From positions 11,844,001 through 11,908,000 of the forward strand of contig CM075993.1 in assembly GCA_038087875.1 (NCBI GenBank): 64,000 nucleotides of DNA, written 5' to 3'. The notes under the pieces were generated by a model. It made no database searches and had not been told where the DNA came from. It saw only the letters and a list, made by a program, of their open reading frames with translations. This document shows positions 37,323-49,015 of this stretch, piece after piece. The DNA comes from Malacoraja senta. Taxonomy: Eukaryota. Every line of letters begins with the position of its first letter. Within the stretch, counting starts at the first letter, position 1. The position numbers were made by a program, and so were the translations under genes.

Positions 37323-37456
37323 CTGTTTGAGATCTTCAGTGTACAGCATGATGGACAGGGATTCAAACTTGAAATCAAACTTCAAGGTGTCAAAGGGCGC
37401 AGGTTTAGCTGCTGATTCTGCACGGCACACCTCAGCCGTGGTCCCGTGTGGGGGCA
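37323..37456 (-). CDS. VPS13C: VPS13C exon (..PPHGTTAEV...LKFDFKFESLSIMLYTEDLKQ)
   Basis: FDFxFESLSIxLY motif; acceptor ttccctgttgtttgtag, donor CAG/GTAGG; 134 bp, phase 1 to 0. Confidence 0.9.
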
Positions 37457-37532
37457 CTACAAACAACAGGGAAAACCATCATCACAATGCATTTGACAAA
37501 TCTGTATCAAAATATAATAAAGTAACTTTGCA

Positions 37533-37908
37533 GTTTAGTTTAGTTTTGTTTAGAGATACAGCGTAGAAACAGGCCCTTCGGCCCACCGAGTCAGCGCTGA
37601 CCAGCAATCCTTGCATATTAACATTAGCCTACACACACCAGGGACAATTTTGATATTTACGAAGCCAATTTCCCTACATACTTGTACGTCTTTGGAGTGT
37701 GGGAGGAAAGCAAAGATCTCGGAGAAAACCCACGCAGGTCACGGGAGAACATACATACTCCGTACAGACAGCACCCGTAGTTGGGATCAAACCTAGGTCT
37801 CTGGCGCTGCAAGCCCTGCAAGGCAGCAACTCTACCGCTGCAAGCCCTGCAAGGCAGCAACTCTACCGCTGCAAGCCTGCAAGGCAGCAACTCTACCGCT
37901 GCGCCACC
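37533..37908 (-). mobile_element. V-SINE with a triplicated 31-bp segment in its tRNA head
   Basis: gcaagccctgcaaggcagcaactctaccgct three times at 37809-37900. Confidence 0.85.
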
Positions 37909-38705
37909 ATTTAAGGTAAAAACAATTCTCATTAAGGATAGCACAATTACCATTGCTCTTACACGTGATAATATTCTTATTTAATGATAATACAATAACA
38001 CTTTCCGCAAAAGTGGCACAACACAGGTAGTTCTGCTATAAAACATGATTTCATCGTGCGAATTGGATATAACGTAGTGATTTCTATTTGTTTTAAGCAA
38101 GCATAATTACTGGAGTAACTCAGCGGCTCAGACAGCATCTCTGCAGAGAAGGAATGGGTGATGTTTTTGGTCAAGACCCTTCTTCAGTCTCGACCCGAAA
38201 CATCACCCATTCCTTCTCCCCAGAGATGCTGCCTGTCCCACTGAATTCTCCAACATTTTGTGTCTACCTTCGATTTAAACCAGCATCTGCAGTTCTTTCC
38301 TACACAAGCAGGCATAAATTATTATTATGTGATTTGTATCAGGGACTTAAGAACAAAAGTTACTTTGGAAACTGACAAGCAGAAAAAATCTGTTCTTGGA
38401 GAAAAAACAGCCTAGGGTGTTTCCATGTAACCTCCCACAATAATCCCTCTCAAGAATCCAGCCTGCCATCCTCCCCTTCTTTGCCCGCCCAAAATACATT
38501 ACCCCATTACTGTCAGGATTATAGAGTCATAGGAGTGATACAGTGTGGAAACAGGCCCTTTGGCCCATCTCGCCCACACCGGCCACAATGTCCCAGCTAC
38601 ACTAGTCCTCTTGCCTGCGCTTGGTCCATATCCCTCCAAACCTGTCCTATCCATGTACCTGTCTAATTGTTTCTTAAACGATGGGATAGTCCCAGTCTCA
38701 ACTAC

Positions 38706-39228
38706 AGGGCCTGTCCCACGAGCATGCGACTGCATGCGGCTAGCGCAACCTAACGTGGTCGCTAGCCGTGCGGCCTCGCGGGCCGGTCCCACTTCGATCG
38801 CCAGAGCCGCATGGAGTTGTGCGGAGCTGGTCCCGACATCGCGCGGGCTCCGAAAAACTGACAGTGTTAAAAAATTCTGTACGGCTAAGGCCTGCCGGCC
38901 CGCTGCCGCATTAAGGCCGCACGCACCCCCGCGACGCCGCACGCAGCGTCTTGACATCGAACGCCTAGCGCGTAGCGTTGCGCGATGACGTCACCGCCCG
39001 GCGTGCCGTTGCATGATGACATAACCGCCGACGCCGTGCGACGTCCAAATTCAGTCGGCCCGCCTCCTGTCCACCTGATTGGTGAGTTTGATGTCGGGAC
39101 CAGCTCCGCACAACTCCAGACGGCTCCGCGGTTGGAAGTGGGACCGGCCCCGGCGAGGCCGTACGCCTCAAGCCACCACGTTTGGTCGCGCTAGACGCAT
39201 GCAGTCGCATGCTGGTGGGACAGGCCCT
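38706..39228. mobile_element. PIF/Harbinger-like MITE inserted in a CR1 3' end
   Basis: Same TIR family as 8314; TSD TAC at 38703-38705 and 39229-39231. The empty site (aactac-..ctctggcagc) is seen in the CR1 copy near 19740. Confidence 0.85.
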
Positions 39229-39416
39229 TACCTCATCTGGCAGCTTGTTCCATACACCCACCACCCTCTGTGTGAAAAAGTTACCCCTCGGATTCCTATT
39301 AAATCTTTTCCTGAATTCTCGACACAAGGAACTGCAGATGCCAGTTTACTGAAAAGGGACAAAAAGCTGGAGTAACTCAGCGGGACAGGCAACATCTCTG
39401 GAGAGAAGGAATGGGT

Positions 39417-39444
39417 GACGTTTCGAGTCGAGACCCTTCTTCAG
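39417..39444 (-). ncRNA. Hammerhead ribozyme motif
   Basis: Reverse complement CTGAAGAAGGGTCTCGACTCGAAACGTC. Confidence 0.65.
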
Positions 39445-39931
39445 ACATTTTCACCTGAAGGTGGTCATTGGAATTGACAGGAACCACTTCTACTGACACT
39501 TATACAATTATACTCTATGTAACAATGTAACACGCAGCCTTTAGTATTTTTAGTTTGCAGTTACAAAAATAAACACTGCTTTAGAAAAGACCATTTTTGA
39601 AAATCTTGTCGCAGATCACATTATTTTGAATCTGTGACTCTCCTTGCACCTGTTCCCGTTTGTCATTGATACAATTGTTTTTACAACATGATTAGCTATA
39701 ACATGACGTTTCCCCCCAGACTGCATGGGTTTTCTCCGAGATCTTCGGTTTGTAGGTTAATTGGCTTGGTACAGGTGTAAATTGTCCTTCGTGGGTGGTA
39801 GGATAGTGTCAGTGGATGGGGATCGTTGGTTGGCGTGGACTCAGTGGGCCGAAGGGCTGTATCTCTAAACTAAACTAAACAAAATCTATTATCCAGCTTA
39901 ACATTTGTGCCGCTAAATGGCGAGTTTGTAT

Positions 39932-40754
39932 AGTGGGGTCGAGGATGACATAGGTTTCAGCAGTGACCTCACCGACACTTGCAGTAGGGTGAACTCATGT
40001 GATGTGTTTTATTTACAGTGGTAAAGAAGTCCAGGACCACATGGTAAAGAAGTCCAGGTCCTCGCTGTCAGAGCACACGTGCGATGGCGCTGGTGATCTC
40101 AGACTTGTCCCGCACCTCAGTCTGGTTTTGAAAGAGGAGATGCGGCAATCTCAGGCTTTTCCCTATGGTTCACCCTTGCCTCGAGCAGACGTTGGCAATC
40201 TCAGGCTTATCCTGGCAGCTCAGCTTTGGGGTTTGAAGAGGCGACGCTGGCGTTCTCTGGATTATCCTGTCGGCTCAGTCTTTGCCTCTGTGTGTGGGCG
40301 CAGTCCCTCGTTGTCCGTGGGCAGGAGGAGGCACTGGTGCCTCAAGCTTGCTCTGGTCTTTCAGTCCCAGCTTCAGCAGGGGAGCAGGCTGCTAGGGCTT
40401 TTTCCCAGTCTTGATCACACAGTGGTGTGGGTGGTCTTGTGTTTGTTCCAGTGGCTCAGTCTTCCCTGAACCTGTGACAGGGGAACATAACTGGCAGGGA
40501 GGCGCCCCCACTTTCTCACTTTCTCCCTTTCTCCCTTCCTCTCTCTCTCTCTCTCTCTCTCAAGCATCTTCTCTCATTCCCTTTGTCTGGAATGCCTGGG
40601 TTTTATAGGGAGCAGGCGGACAGGTTCAGGTGGCCAAACCAATATCAGCTAATTGGACCCAGCCATTACTAATGATGCTGGGGATTGGTCTTTCCTGGCC
40701 TGTCAGCCAGTGATAGGGATCAGAGTGGCATCCAAAGTAGGGAGCTCTGTCACA
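39932..40754 (-). mobile_element. Probable solo LTR
   Basis: Minus strand TGTGACA...CCCACT with 4-bp TSD gtat. CCAAT boxes (about 40651 and 40683), TATAAAA (40601-40607), a (GA)n tract and AATAAA (about 40010) lie in U3-R-U5 order. Confidence 0.65.
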
Positions 40755-41986
40755 GTATCAAGATTCGAGTTACAAAGTGAAGCCCAGTTGAACAAGTGAA
40801 GTCAGAGACACAACAAACTGCAGATATAATACAATACAATACGGTTTTATTCGTCACATTGCACATAAAGTGCAAGTCAAATGAATTTGCCAGCAGCGGT
40901 ACAATGAGAAAGAACACACAAAAACACAGTAAAAATTTAACACAAACATCCACCACAGCATTCATCACTGTGGTGGAAGGCACAACATTTGGCCAGTACC
41001 CCTCCATTTTCATTTCTCCCCGTGGTCAGGACCTCAACCCTCCGCAGCCGTCGCTGCGGGCGTCCAGATGAGTGAAAGTCCAGGTAAGTCCTGAATCGGT
41101 GCCTTCCCCACTGGAGACCGCGGCTTCAGGTTGGTGTAGGCCTCAGGCCGGCGGTCGGGTGATTTAAAGTTCCCCCGCCCGCCGCAGCCAGAAGCACCGC
41201 AGACCGCAGGGCCGGCGGTCGAAGTCGAAGCTCTCCTTCAGGGATCCCCAGTGAGGGACCCCGCTCCCGATGGTAAGTCGCCACCGTGCCTGCGTTAGAA
41301 GTAGGCCGGGGTCGGCAGTCGGAGTGGGAAGCTTCTTCTTCCCCCGGGTCCCCAGAGAGGGATCCCAGGCTGAGGACACTGGCCAGCTGGAGCTCTGCAG
41401 ACCGCGGCTTCACGCTGCTGGCTCCGGCGAGCCCCAGCGAGGGGCTCGCCCGCTCCACGCCGAGAGTCCACGCTGCGCGCCCGCCGCTGATGCTGGAACA
41501 TGGAGCACAAACGCCCAGATGAAGGGTCCTGACTCAAAATGTCGACTGTCCATTTCTCTCCACAAATGCTGATTGATCTCCTCCGCAATCTTGTTTTTTA
41601 CGAGCCAGATCTTTGCATCTGCAGTTTCTTCTCTCCTGTCACTATTTGAATTTCAAGTGGTTGTGTGAAAGTGCAATGATAGCAGAAGAAAAGGCAACGC
41701 TTCCTGGACAACCTTTACAAGATAATTTCTATTGACAGAGTGATAGACATTGAGGAACATTGTCCTGTTGATGTTTAACTGCAACTACCTGATGTGCTAT
41801 CACATGACCACCAACTAAAAGCAAAAACTACAACAAGACTACTCAGTAATATGATCCACAAATACTTTGCCTCAGTTCCAAAAGTACTACTACGTGTAAC
41901 TGAGGCTATAATAAAATAGTAGGTACACAAAAATGCTGGAGAAACTCAGCGGGTGCAGCAGCATCTATGGAGCGAAGGAAACAGGT

Positions 41987-42014
41987 AACGTTTCGGGCCG
42001 AAACCCTTCTTCAG
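41987..42014 (-). ncRNA. Minimal type I hammerhead ribozyme motif, sense to VPS13C pre-mRNA
   Basis: Reverse complement reads CTGAAGA-A-GGGTT-tc-GGCCC-GAAA-CG-TT; stem II is kept through G-U pairs. Confidence 0.72.
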
Positions 42015-42472
42015 ACTATAATAAAATAGTGTTGGGGGAAATGTACTTTTCCCATGGATACCAATTATCCCATCTGTTCTGTGTAGGAAGGAACCGCAGA
42101 TGCTGGTTTATACCAAAGATAGACACAAAATGCTGGAGTGACTCAGCGGGTCAGGCAGCATCTTTGAAGAAAAAGAAATAGGCAACGTTTGGGTCGGGAC
42201 AACTTCTTCAGACATGAAACATTACCTATTAATTTCCTCTAGAGATGCTGCTTGACCCGCTGAGTCACTCCAGCATTTTGTGCCTACCCTTTTTAATTCA
42301 GCAACTTCAGATCCCTGCTCAACTCAGTATTGCAATGAGCCTTAACAAGGCGCAAGAACCATCACTAATAGTTGTTGGCCTTAATCTCAAAACTCAGTGC
42401 TTTTCCCAGTCAGATTTATGTTGCTTTCACCGTAGTTGAGGATATAAACAACTAAGAAACAGTGTATTCTAA

Positions 42473-42681
42473 AGGGCCTGTCCCACTTTCACGACCTAAT
42501 TCACGACCTTTTTTACTCGTGGACATTTTTCATCAGGCTAGAAAAACGCCCCGACCTACTTGATGCCACAAGTACCTACGACTAGCATCACGACCTACCT
42601 ACGACCTCCTACGACCTCGTGACGACCATGCTGCGAGTATGAGTCAAGGGCAAACTCGGCAGTGAAAGTGGGACAGGCCCT
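42473..42681. mobile_element. Harbinger-like MITE, short variant
   Basis: AGGGCCTGTCCCACTTTCAC...GTGAAAGTGGGACAGGCCCT with internal ACGACCT repeats; TSD not clean. Confidence 0.7.
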
Positions 42682-43549
42682 TTCTGTACTTCGACAAACA
42701 AATATAGGAAATTTACACAACCTTAAACAGAATTAAATGTATTTTCTGTGTACATATTTATTTTCATAGTGCATGTTTTATTGGTAACTTGAGTTAAGCC
42801 AATAATTTGAAGCTAATTATATAATTCATGGATTAATTATATATTTAAGTAACATTTTATTTCATTTGCAAGGAGTGTCATAAAGTCCGATTTAACGAAA
42901 ATAAAAGCAAACATGACGAGTGGCAGCATGTAATCCGAGCAGCTCCATGTATTGCTGCTACAAATGCCTTGAGATTTTCCTTCATGTTCATCTGCCAGTG
43001 ATATTTCAGCATTGATCCCTCAGGCATCCCACTAGTCACAGGCCTCTGGTCTGAAATACACCCTTCCACCACCTGCTTCTTTCCATAAAGCCAAGGCTCT
43101 ATTCAGTTAGCTATGTCTCCCGGGATCCCATGCGTTTTCACCTTCCAGAGCAGCCTACCATGCAGAACTGTATGAAATGCCCAGCTGAAGTCTATATAGA
43201 CATCGTCTACGGCCTTTAAACCTTTTTGGCTAACACTTCAAAAAACTCGCAGGACGCGGTCTCCCAGGTACATAAACATGCGGCATATCCCTTTTCAACC
43301 CCCTGCCTATCCAAATGTATATACATCTTATCCCTCAGAATTCTCACTAATCGCACCTGGACAAAACCCATGCAGTGACAGGAGAACATGCAAACTCTAC
43401 ACAGACAGCACCTGAGGTTAGCATCGAACCCAAGTGTCCGGCGCTGTGAGGCAGCAACTAGACCACTGTGCCACCCTCTCTCCATAATTGAAGTCTTCCA
43501 GTCCAGACAACATCCTCCCCACTCTCTCCAGCACAACCACTTTCTCCCT

Positions 43550-44395
43550 TCAAGTTTGCGGATGGTACAAAGCTGGGTGGCAGTGTGAGCTGTGAGGAGG
43601 ATGCTGAGGCAGCAGGGTGACTTGGATAGGTTGGGTGAGTGGGCAGATGCAGTATAATGTGGATAAATGTGAGGTTATCAACTTTGTTAGCAAGAACAAG
43701 AAGGCAGATTATTATCTGAATGGTGCGCTTGTACATCAGTCACTGAACGTAGGCTTGCAGGTACAACAGGCAGTGAAGAAAGCACTAATGGCATGTTGGC
43801 CTTCATAACGAGAGGAGTTAAGTATAGGAGCAAAGAGGTCCTTCTGCAGTTGTACAGGGCCCTAGTGAGACCACACCTGGAGTATTGTGTGCAGTTTTGG
43901 TCTCTTAATTTGAGGAAGGACATTCTTGCTATTGAGGGAGTGCTGCATAGGTTCACCAGGTTAATTCCCGGGATGGCGGGACTGACATATGATGAAAGAA
44001 TGGATCGACTGGGCTTATATTCACTGGAATTTAGAAAGATGAGAGGATATCTTACAGAAACATATAAAACTCTTAATGGATGCAGGAAAAATGTTCCCCG
44101 GTGTTGGGGGAGTCCAAAACCAGGGGTCACAGCTTAAGAATAAGAGGTAGGCCAATTAGGACAGATGAGGAAAAACGTTTTCACCCAGAGAGTTGTGAAT
44201 CTGTGGAATTCCCTGCCACAGAAGACAGTGGGGCCAAATTCACTGGATGTATTCAAGAGAGAGTTAGATTTTGCTCTTAGGGCTAATGGAATCAAGGGAT
44301 ATGGGGAAAAACAGGGTACTGATTCTGGATGATCAGCCATGATCGAAGGGCCGAATGGCCTATTCCTGCAGCTATTTTCTATGTTTCTATGTTCT
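43550..44395 (+). mobile_element. CR1 LINE 3' fragment
   Basis: ORF 43793-44137 (LYRALVRPHLEYCVQFW); TTCTATGT-type tail. Confidence 0.88.
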
Positions 44396-44894
44396 ACGAC
44401 ACTGTCTGCGGCATCTGAAGACAACAAGTGACGCACCGTGACGTATCTGATGCAGGCAACGTCGACGGGCGTCGTATGATGACGCAGGTTGTCGCTAAAG
44501 GAATTCGCCACGGTCATACTTTACGACATCGTACGTCACTGGGCGTCATCCTGAAAACAACAACCTACGACAGCACCTACGACATGAGAAGACACGCAAC
44601 GTCAAGCCCAGTGTCGTGGAAAGATTTTCAACATTTCAAAACCCAGCGGCGGCAAGAAAAATGTTGCGGAGACACCGCTCGCCAATACAGGCGTCACCCC
44701 CGCGACCATGTGGCGACAGCCTTTTTTCAGGCCGAAAATGTCACCCAAGTGGGACAGGCCCTTAAGCATTTCATTGTTCTGTTTGGGACAGCTGACAATA
44801 AAACACTCCTGACTCTTGAAATTAATTCAAATAGATAATACGCATATAAAATAAAAATGATTTAAGGGAAAGAATCTTCAAAGTTATTAAATAC

Positions 44895-45041
44895 CTTCAC
44901 ACAGGTTGGCTGGAGAGACCATTTTCCCTCTGGTATTTTGTTCAAGCCTTCTTTTGCAGCACTCTGATCATTAGTGACTTCACCAAGGTTTTCCAGTGGG
45001 ATTCTCAGCAAGAGAGCCAAATCATCCTGACTCACTGTCAT
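44895..45041 (-). CDS. VPS13C: VPS13C exon (MTVSQDDLALLLRIPLENLGEVT...)
   Basis: Not in the ORF track; manual translation gives the S-x-DDL..L..ENLGE motif. Acceptor tttttcttactgcag, best donor AAG/GTATTT. 3' boundary and phase uncertain (see findings). Confidence 0.8.
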
Positions 45042-46928
45042 CTGCAGTAAGAAAAATACATCTGAGAATCAACTGGTTCATCTTGACTTTCATTGTGTTC
45101 TGGGTTACTTAACATCACTGATTTTCTATCAACTACAAAGTAGTCTCCAGCAAAAGTCAGGATAGTACAAGCTAACTGGAACTCAACCATCCAAAGATAA
45201 GATGGTGGGAGGGGGGGAGGAGAAACAAAGGGAGGGAATGTTTAGTTTAGCTTAGTTTAGTTTGAAGATACAGCGCGGAAATAGGCCCTTCGGCCCACCG
45301 AGTCCGCACCTACCAGCGATCCCCGCACATTAACACTATCCTATGACGTTTCAAGTCGGGACCCATTCCTTCTCTCCAGAGATGCTGCCTCTCCCCTGAG
45401 TTACTCCAGCATTTTGTGTCTACCTTCGATTTTAACCAGTATCTGCTGTTCTTTCCTACACAGGAACAATTTACACTTTTACAATTTACTAAGCCAATTA
45501 ACCTACAAACGTGTACATCTTTGGAGTGTGGGAGGAAACCAAAGTTCTCAGAGGAAACCCAGGCGGTTCAGGGGGAGAACATACAGCTCCGTACAGACAA
45601 GCAGCCACAGCCAGGATCGAATTTGGATCTCTGGCGCTATAAGCGCAGTAGGGCAGCAACTCTACCGCTGTGCCACTGTGTCGCCCTAACCGTTGACACA
45701 TGATGCTGCGACTATGACGGGTGCCGGCAAGTCGCCGAAAAAAAATCGCGTAAGTGGGACAGGCCCTTCAGATTCCCTCTAAATCTCTTACCCCTAACCC
45801 TATCCTACAACCTCTAGTTTTGTCTAAATTTGACAATGGGAATAGATTCCTGTATCAACCCCACCAACTTCCCTCACGATTTTATATACCTCCACAGGAG
45901 AATCAAGCAGAGCTGAAGCCAAGTCAGGTACTGTTGAACAGTGGAGTTGGCACAAGGGGCCACAGGAGCTTGTTCTGCTCCTCTCCTTGCACTCTTAAAA
46001 TGCAAGTCATTATTGTTTATCTCAAAACTAGAACCAACCAATCTTAGTTAACCTCCAGGTTGTCATGAGGGTGCAGCAGTAGAGTTGCTGCCTTACTGTA
46101 CAGTTCGATCCTGACTAGCGGGTGCTGACTGCACAGACTTTGTACGTTTCCCTGTGACCATGTGGGTTTTCTCTGGGTGCTCCGGTTTCCTCCCACACCC
46201 ATAGACGTACAGGTTTGTAGGTGAATTTGGTTCAGTAAAATTGTACATTGTCCCTAGTGTGTGTAGGGATAGTGCTAGTGTACTACACTGCGTACACTGT
46301 ATAGTGTGCTAAATCACTGGTCGGTGTGGTCTCGGGGGGCCAAAGGGCCTTTTCAGCACTGTATCTCTCATATCTAAAGTCTGCATTATGTAGTTCTACT
46401 TATGCAGTTAATTTTATGCATCACAAGCAGTTAATTATACTCCTTTCATTCAACTATTCTTCAATATAAAACGCCAGAAAACATCAGCATATCATTCTGT
46501 ATTTAACAAGTACTGAACTTGTTTTTCCTATTTGAAGACGTAAAAAAATGCTACAATGATACAATACAATTTATTTGTTGTCATTTGAACCTTATTGAGG
46601 TTCAAACGAAATTTGGTTTCTGCAGTCATACAAACAAGTAGAAGAACCAAGACACAACACAATTTACACAAACATCCATAACAGCGTATCTCCTCCTCGC
46701 TGTGATGGAAGGCAAAGTCTTATCTCTCCCCTGCACTCCCCATTCTCCTCCCGATGTCAAAGTCAAAGCCCCCGGCGGGCGATGGTAAATAAGTCCCGCG
46801 GCCATTAAAGCCGCGCCGGGCGATGCAAGGCCACGCTCTGGGTCTTGATGTTGGAGCCCCGGCGGGCGCTAGCAAGTCCCGCGCCATTAAAGCCGTGCCG
46901 GGCGATGTAAGGCGATGTAAATACTTAC

Positions 46929-47076
46929 ACTCATAGCTTTTAGATCTCCATGAATTTCTATGCCGGGGATTTGGTGATACCACGCGACAGCTAAGTTTCG
47001 TTTTATTGTCAAGAGCAAGTTCACTGGCTGCAGGATCTGAAAATCAGGCTGCACCAAGTCTTTCTGCAGAATAGTT
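46929..47076 (-). CDS. VPS13C: VPS13C exon (TILQKDLVQPDFQILQPVNLLLTIKRNLAVAWYHQIPGIEIHGDLKAMS)
   Basis: RNLAxxWY motif; AG acceptor, GTAAGT donor; 148 bp, phase 2 to 0, compatible with previous exon. Confidence 0.95.
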
Positions 47077-47901
47077 CTGTCATTCAGGAAAAATACAGCA
47101 ATCAAAAAACTAGAACACAATTGGTAAATGACTCAGAAACTGTAATATAGCAAAAACCAGCACAGAATCATGATTGACAAAAACAAAGATAATTTTAGTG
47201 CTTTTTAATAACATTTTCAGAAAAAAATTGTCTTGAATAACGTGTGCTTTTAAAATCGGAGAAAGGAATTGCAGACGAAATACGTGGGGAATATGCAGTG
47301 TGAAGAACTGTCTTGACCCGAAACGTCACCTATTCCTTTTTTCCAGAGATGCTGTCTGACACACTGAGTTACTCCAGCTTTTTGTGTCTATCTTCGAAAG
47401 GAACTGCAGATGTTGGTTTACAAAAAATGACAACAAAGTGTTGGAGTAACCCAGCGGGTCATGCAGTATACCTTCTTCGGTAGTTCCTTGGATAGAGGGT
47501 GGCTTACTTGCATTCTTTGTTTGGGGGGGGGGGGGGGGTGGTTGGTTCTGAGAGGTGGTTGATGGAAGAGGTGAAATAGGTCATGAATGTCCCTCTCCAC
47601 TGTCTCTCGGTCTGAAGGAGGGTGCCAACCAGAAACGTCACCTAATTGTTTTCTCCAGAGATGCCTGACCCGCTGAGTTACTCCAACATTTTGTGTCTAT
47701 CTTCAGTGTAAACCCGCATCTCCAGTTCCTTCCTACACACTGAGGAACATGAATAGACAAGGTTTTGAGTCGGGGCCTTTCTTCAGACAATGTGGTGGGG
47801 GGAAGAAAGCTGGAATCGAAAGCTGGAACGATGGGAGGCATGACCAAGCATGGAAGGTAGGTGGATATAGGTAAAGGGGGGACAAAATGTGTAAGAAAAA
47901 T

Positions 47902-47929
47902 CTGAAGAAGGGTCTCGACCCGAAACGTC
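47902..47929 (+). ncRNA. Minimal type I hammerhead ribozyme motif (PLE-associated)
   Basis: CTGAAGA-A-GGGTC-tc-GACCC-GAAA-CG-TC: catalytic core, perfect stem II, palindromic ACGT in place of stem III, GUC cleavage triplet. Confidence 0.75.
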
Positions 47930-48580
47930 ACCCATTCCTTCTCTCCAGAGATGCTGCCTGTCCCGCTGAGTTACTCCAGCATTTTGTGTCTACCTATAGG
48001 TGAGGGGGGTTGTTTGGAGGATGGGTGGACAAAGGCCAGAGATGAAAAGAGATAATGAGATAAGGAGAGAAGAGATGCGAATTGTGCAGCCAGAAAATTT
48101 AACTGAGGTTGAAGGGGGATGGGGGAGAGGGAGGGAGAGAATGGGTGTGAATCCAGGCGGGGCACAGGGAAGAGGGGGTGGGGAAATGTTGGGGGGGGGG
48201 GGGGGAAGGAGGTCGGAGAGAGGGTGTTTATTAGTTTGTTACCTAAAATTGGAATCTGCCTGCGTTCACATCATCAACCATATTATCTCACAAAGGATAA
48301 TAATACCAAAAAAATGCACTGGAGCAACTCAGTGGATCAGGCAACATGGAAGATGTGGATAAAGAACATTTGAGTTTGGGACTCTTCAGACCCATCCTGC
48401 CCCGAAACATCACCCATCCAGGTCCTCCACAGATGCTGCCTTACCCACTCCAGCACTTGTGTGTTTTTTGTAAACCAGCATCTGCAGTTCCTTGTATGTC
48501 TAAATACTACTTGCATTTGTTTGATGAAACAACTGCTAACTTTTGGACATGAAAATGAAGAGTTAGTGCAGAGTGAGTTA

Positions 48581-49015
48581 TGGGCCTGTCCCACTTAGCC
48601 GATATTTAGGCGACTGCCGGCGACTGTCATAGTCGTAGCAGGTCGCCGAAAAATCGGCGACTGAACTAATGGGCCTGTCCCACTTAGGCGATTTTTTAGG
48701 TGTCTGCCGGCGAATACGACAATGGAATTCACCGAAGTCAGCACCGGCGACAACCTACGTCACCTGGCAACAACCTACAACATCCTGGCGACAACCTACG
48801 TTAACCTGGCGACAACCTACGACAGCACCTACGTCAAGCTACGCCCATTGGCGTCAAACCAACAGTCGCAACTGTCGGCGAAAAATGTTCAACATGTTGA
48901 AAATCCAGCGGCGACCAGAAAGACGCTACGACTCTTTGGGCGACTGAGGAGCCTACTCACGACCATACAGGCGACCATGTGGCGACAGCGTAGTCGCCTG
49001 AGTGGGACAGGCCCA
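48581..49015. mobile_element. Harbinger-like MITE with a duplicated 5' terminus
   Basis: TGGGCCTGTCCCACT at 48581 and again at about 48670; end AGTGGGACAGGCCCA; TSD TTA. One-ended relatives at about 44395-44762, 45690-45767 and 51448-51768. Confidence 0.78.

Noticed and set aside
39999..40469. 156-aa ORF
   Set aside because: Lies antisense within the LTR-like element; no gag, pol or env features.
41790..41815. Candidate micro-exon (ttttgcttttag TTGGTGG...CATCAG gtagtt) to fix the phase mismatch
   Set aside because: 26 nt long with a TGA in phase 0, and it does not convert phase 0 to phase 1.
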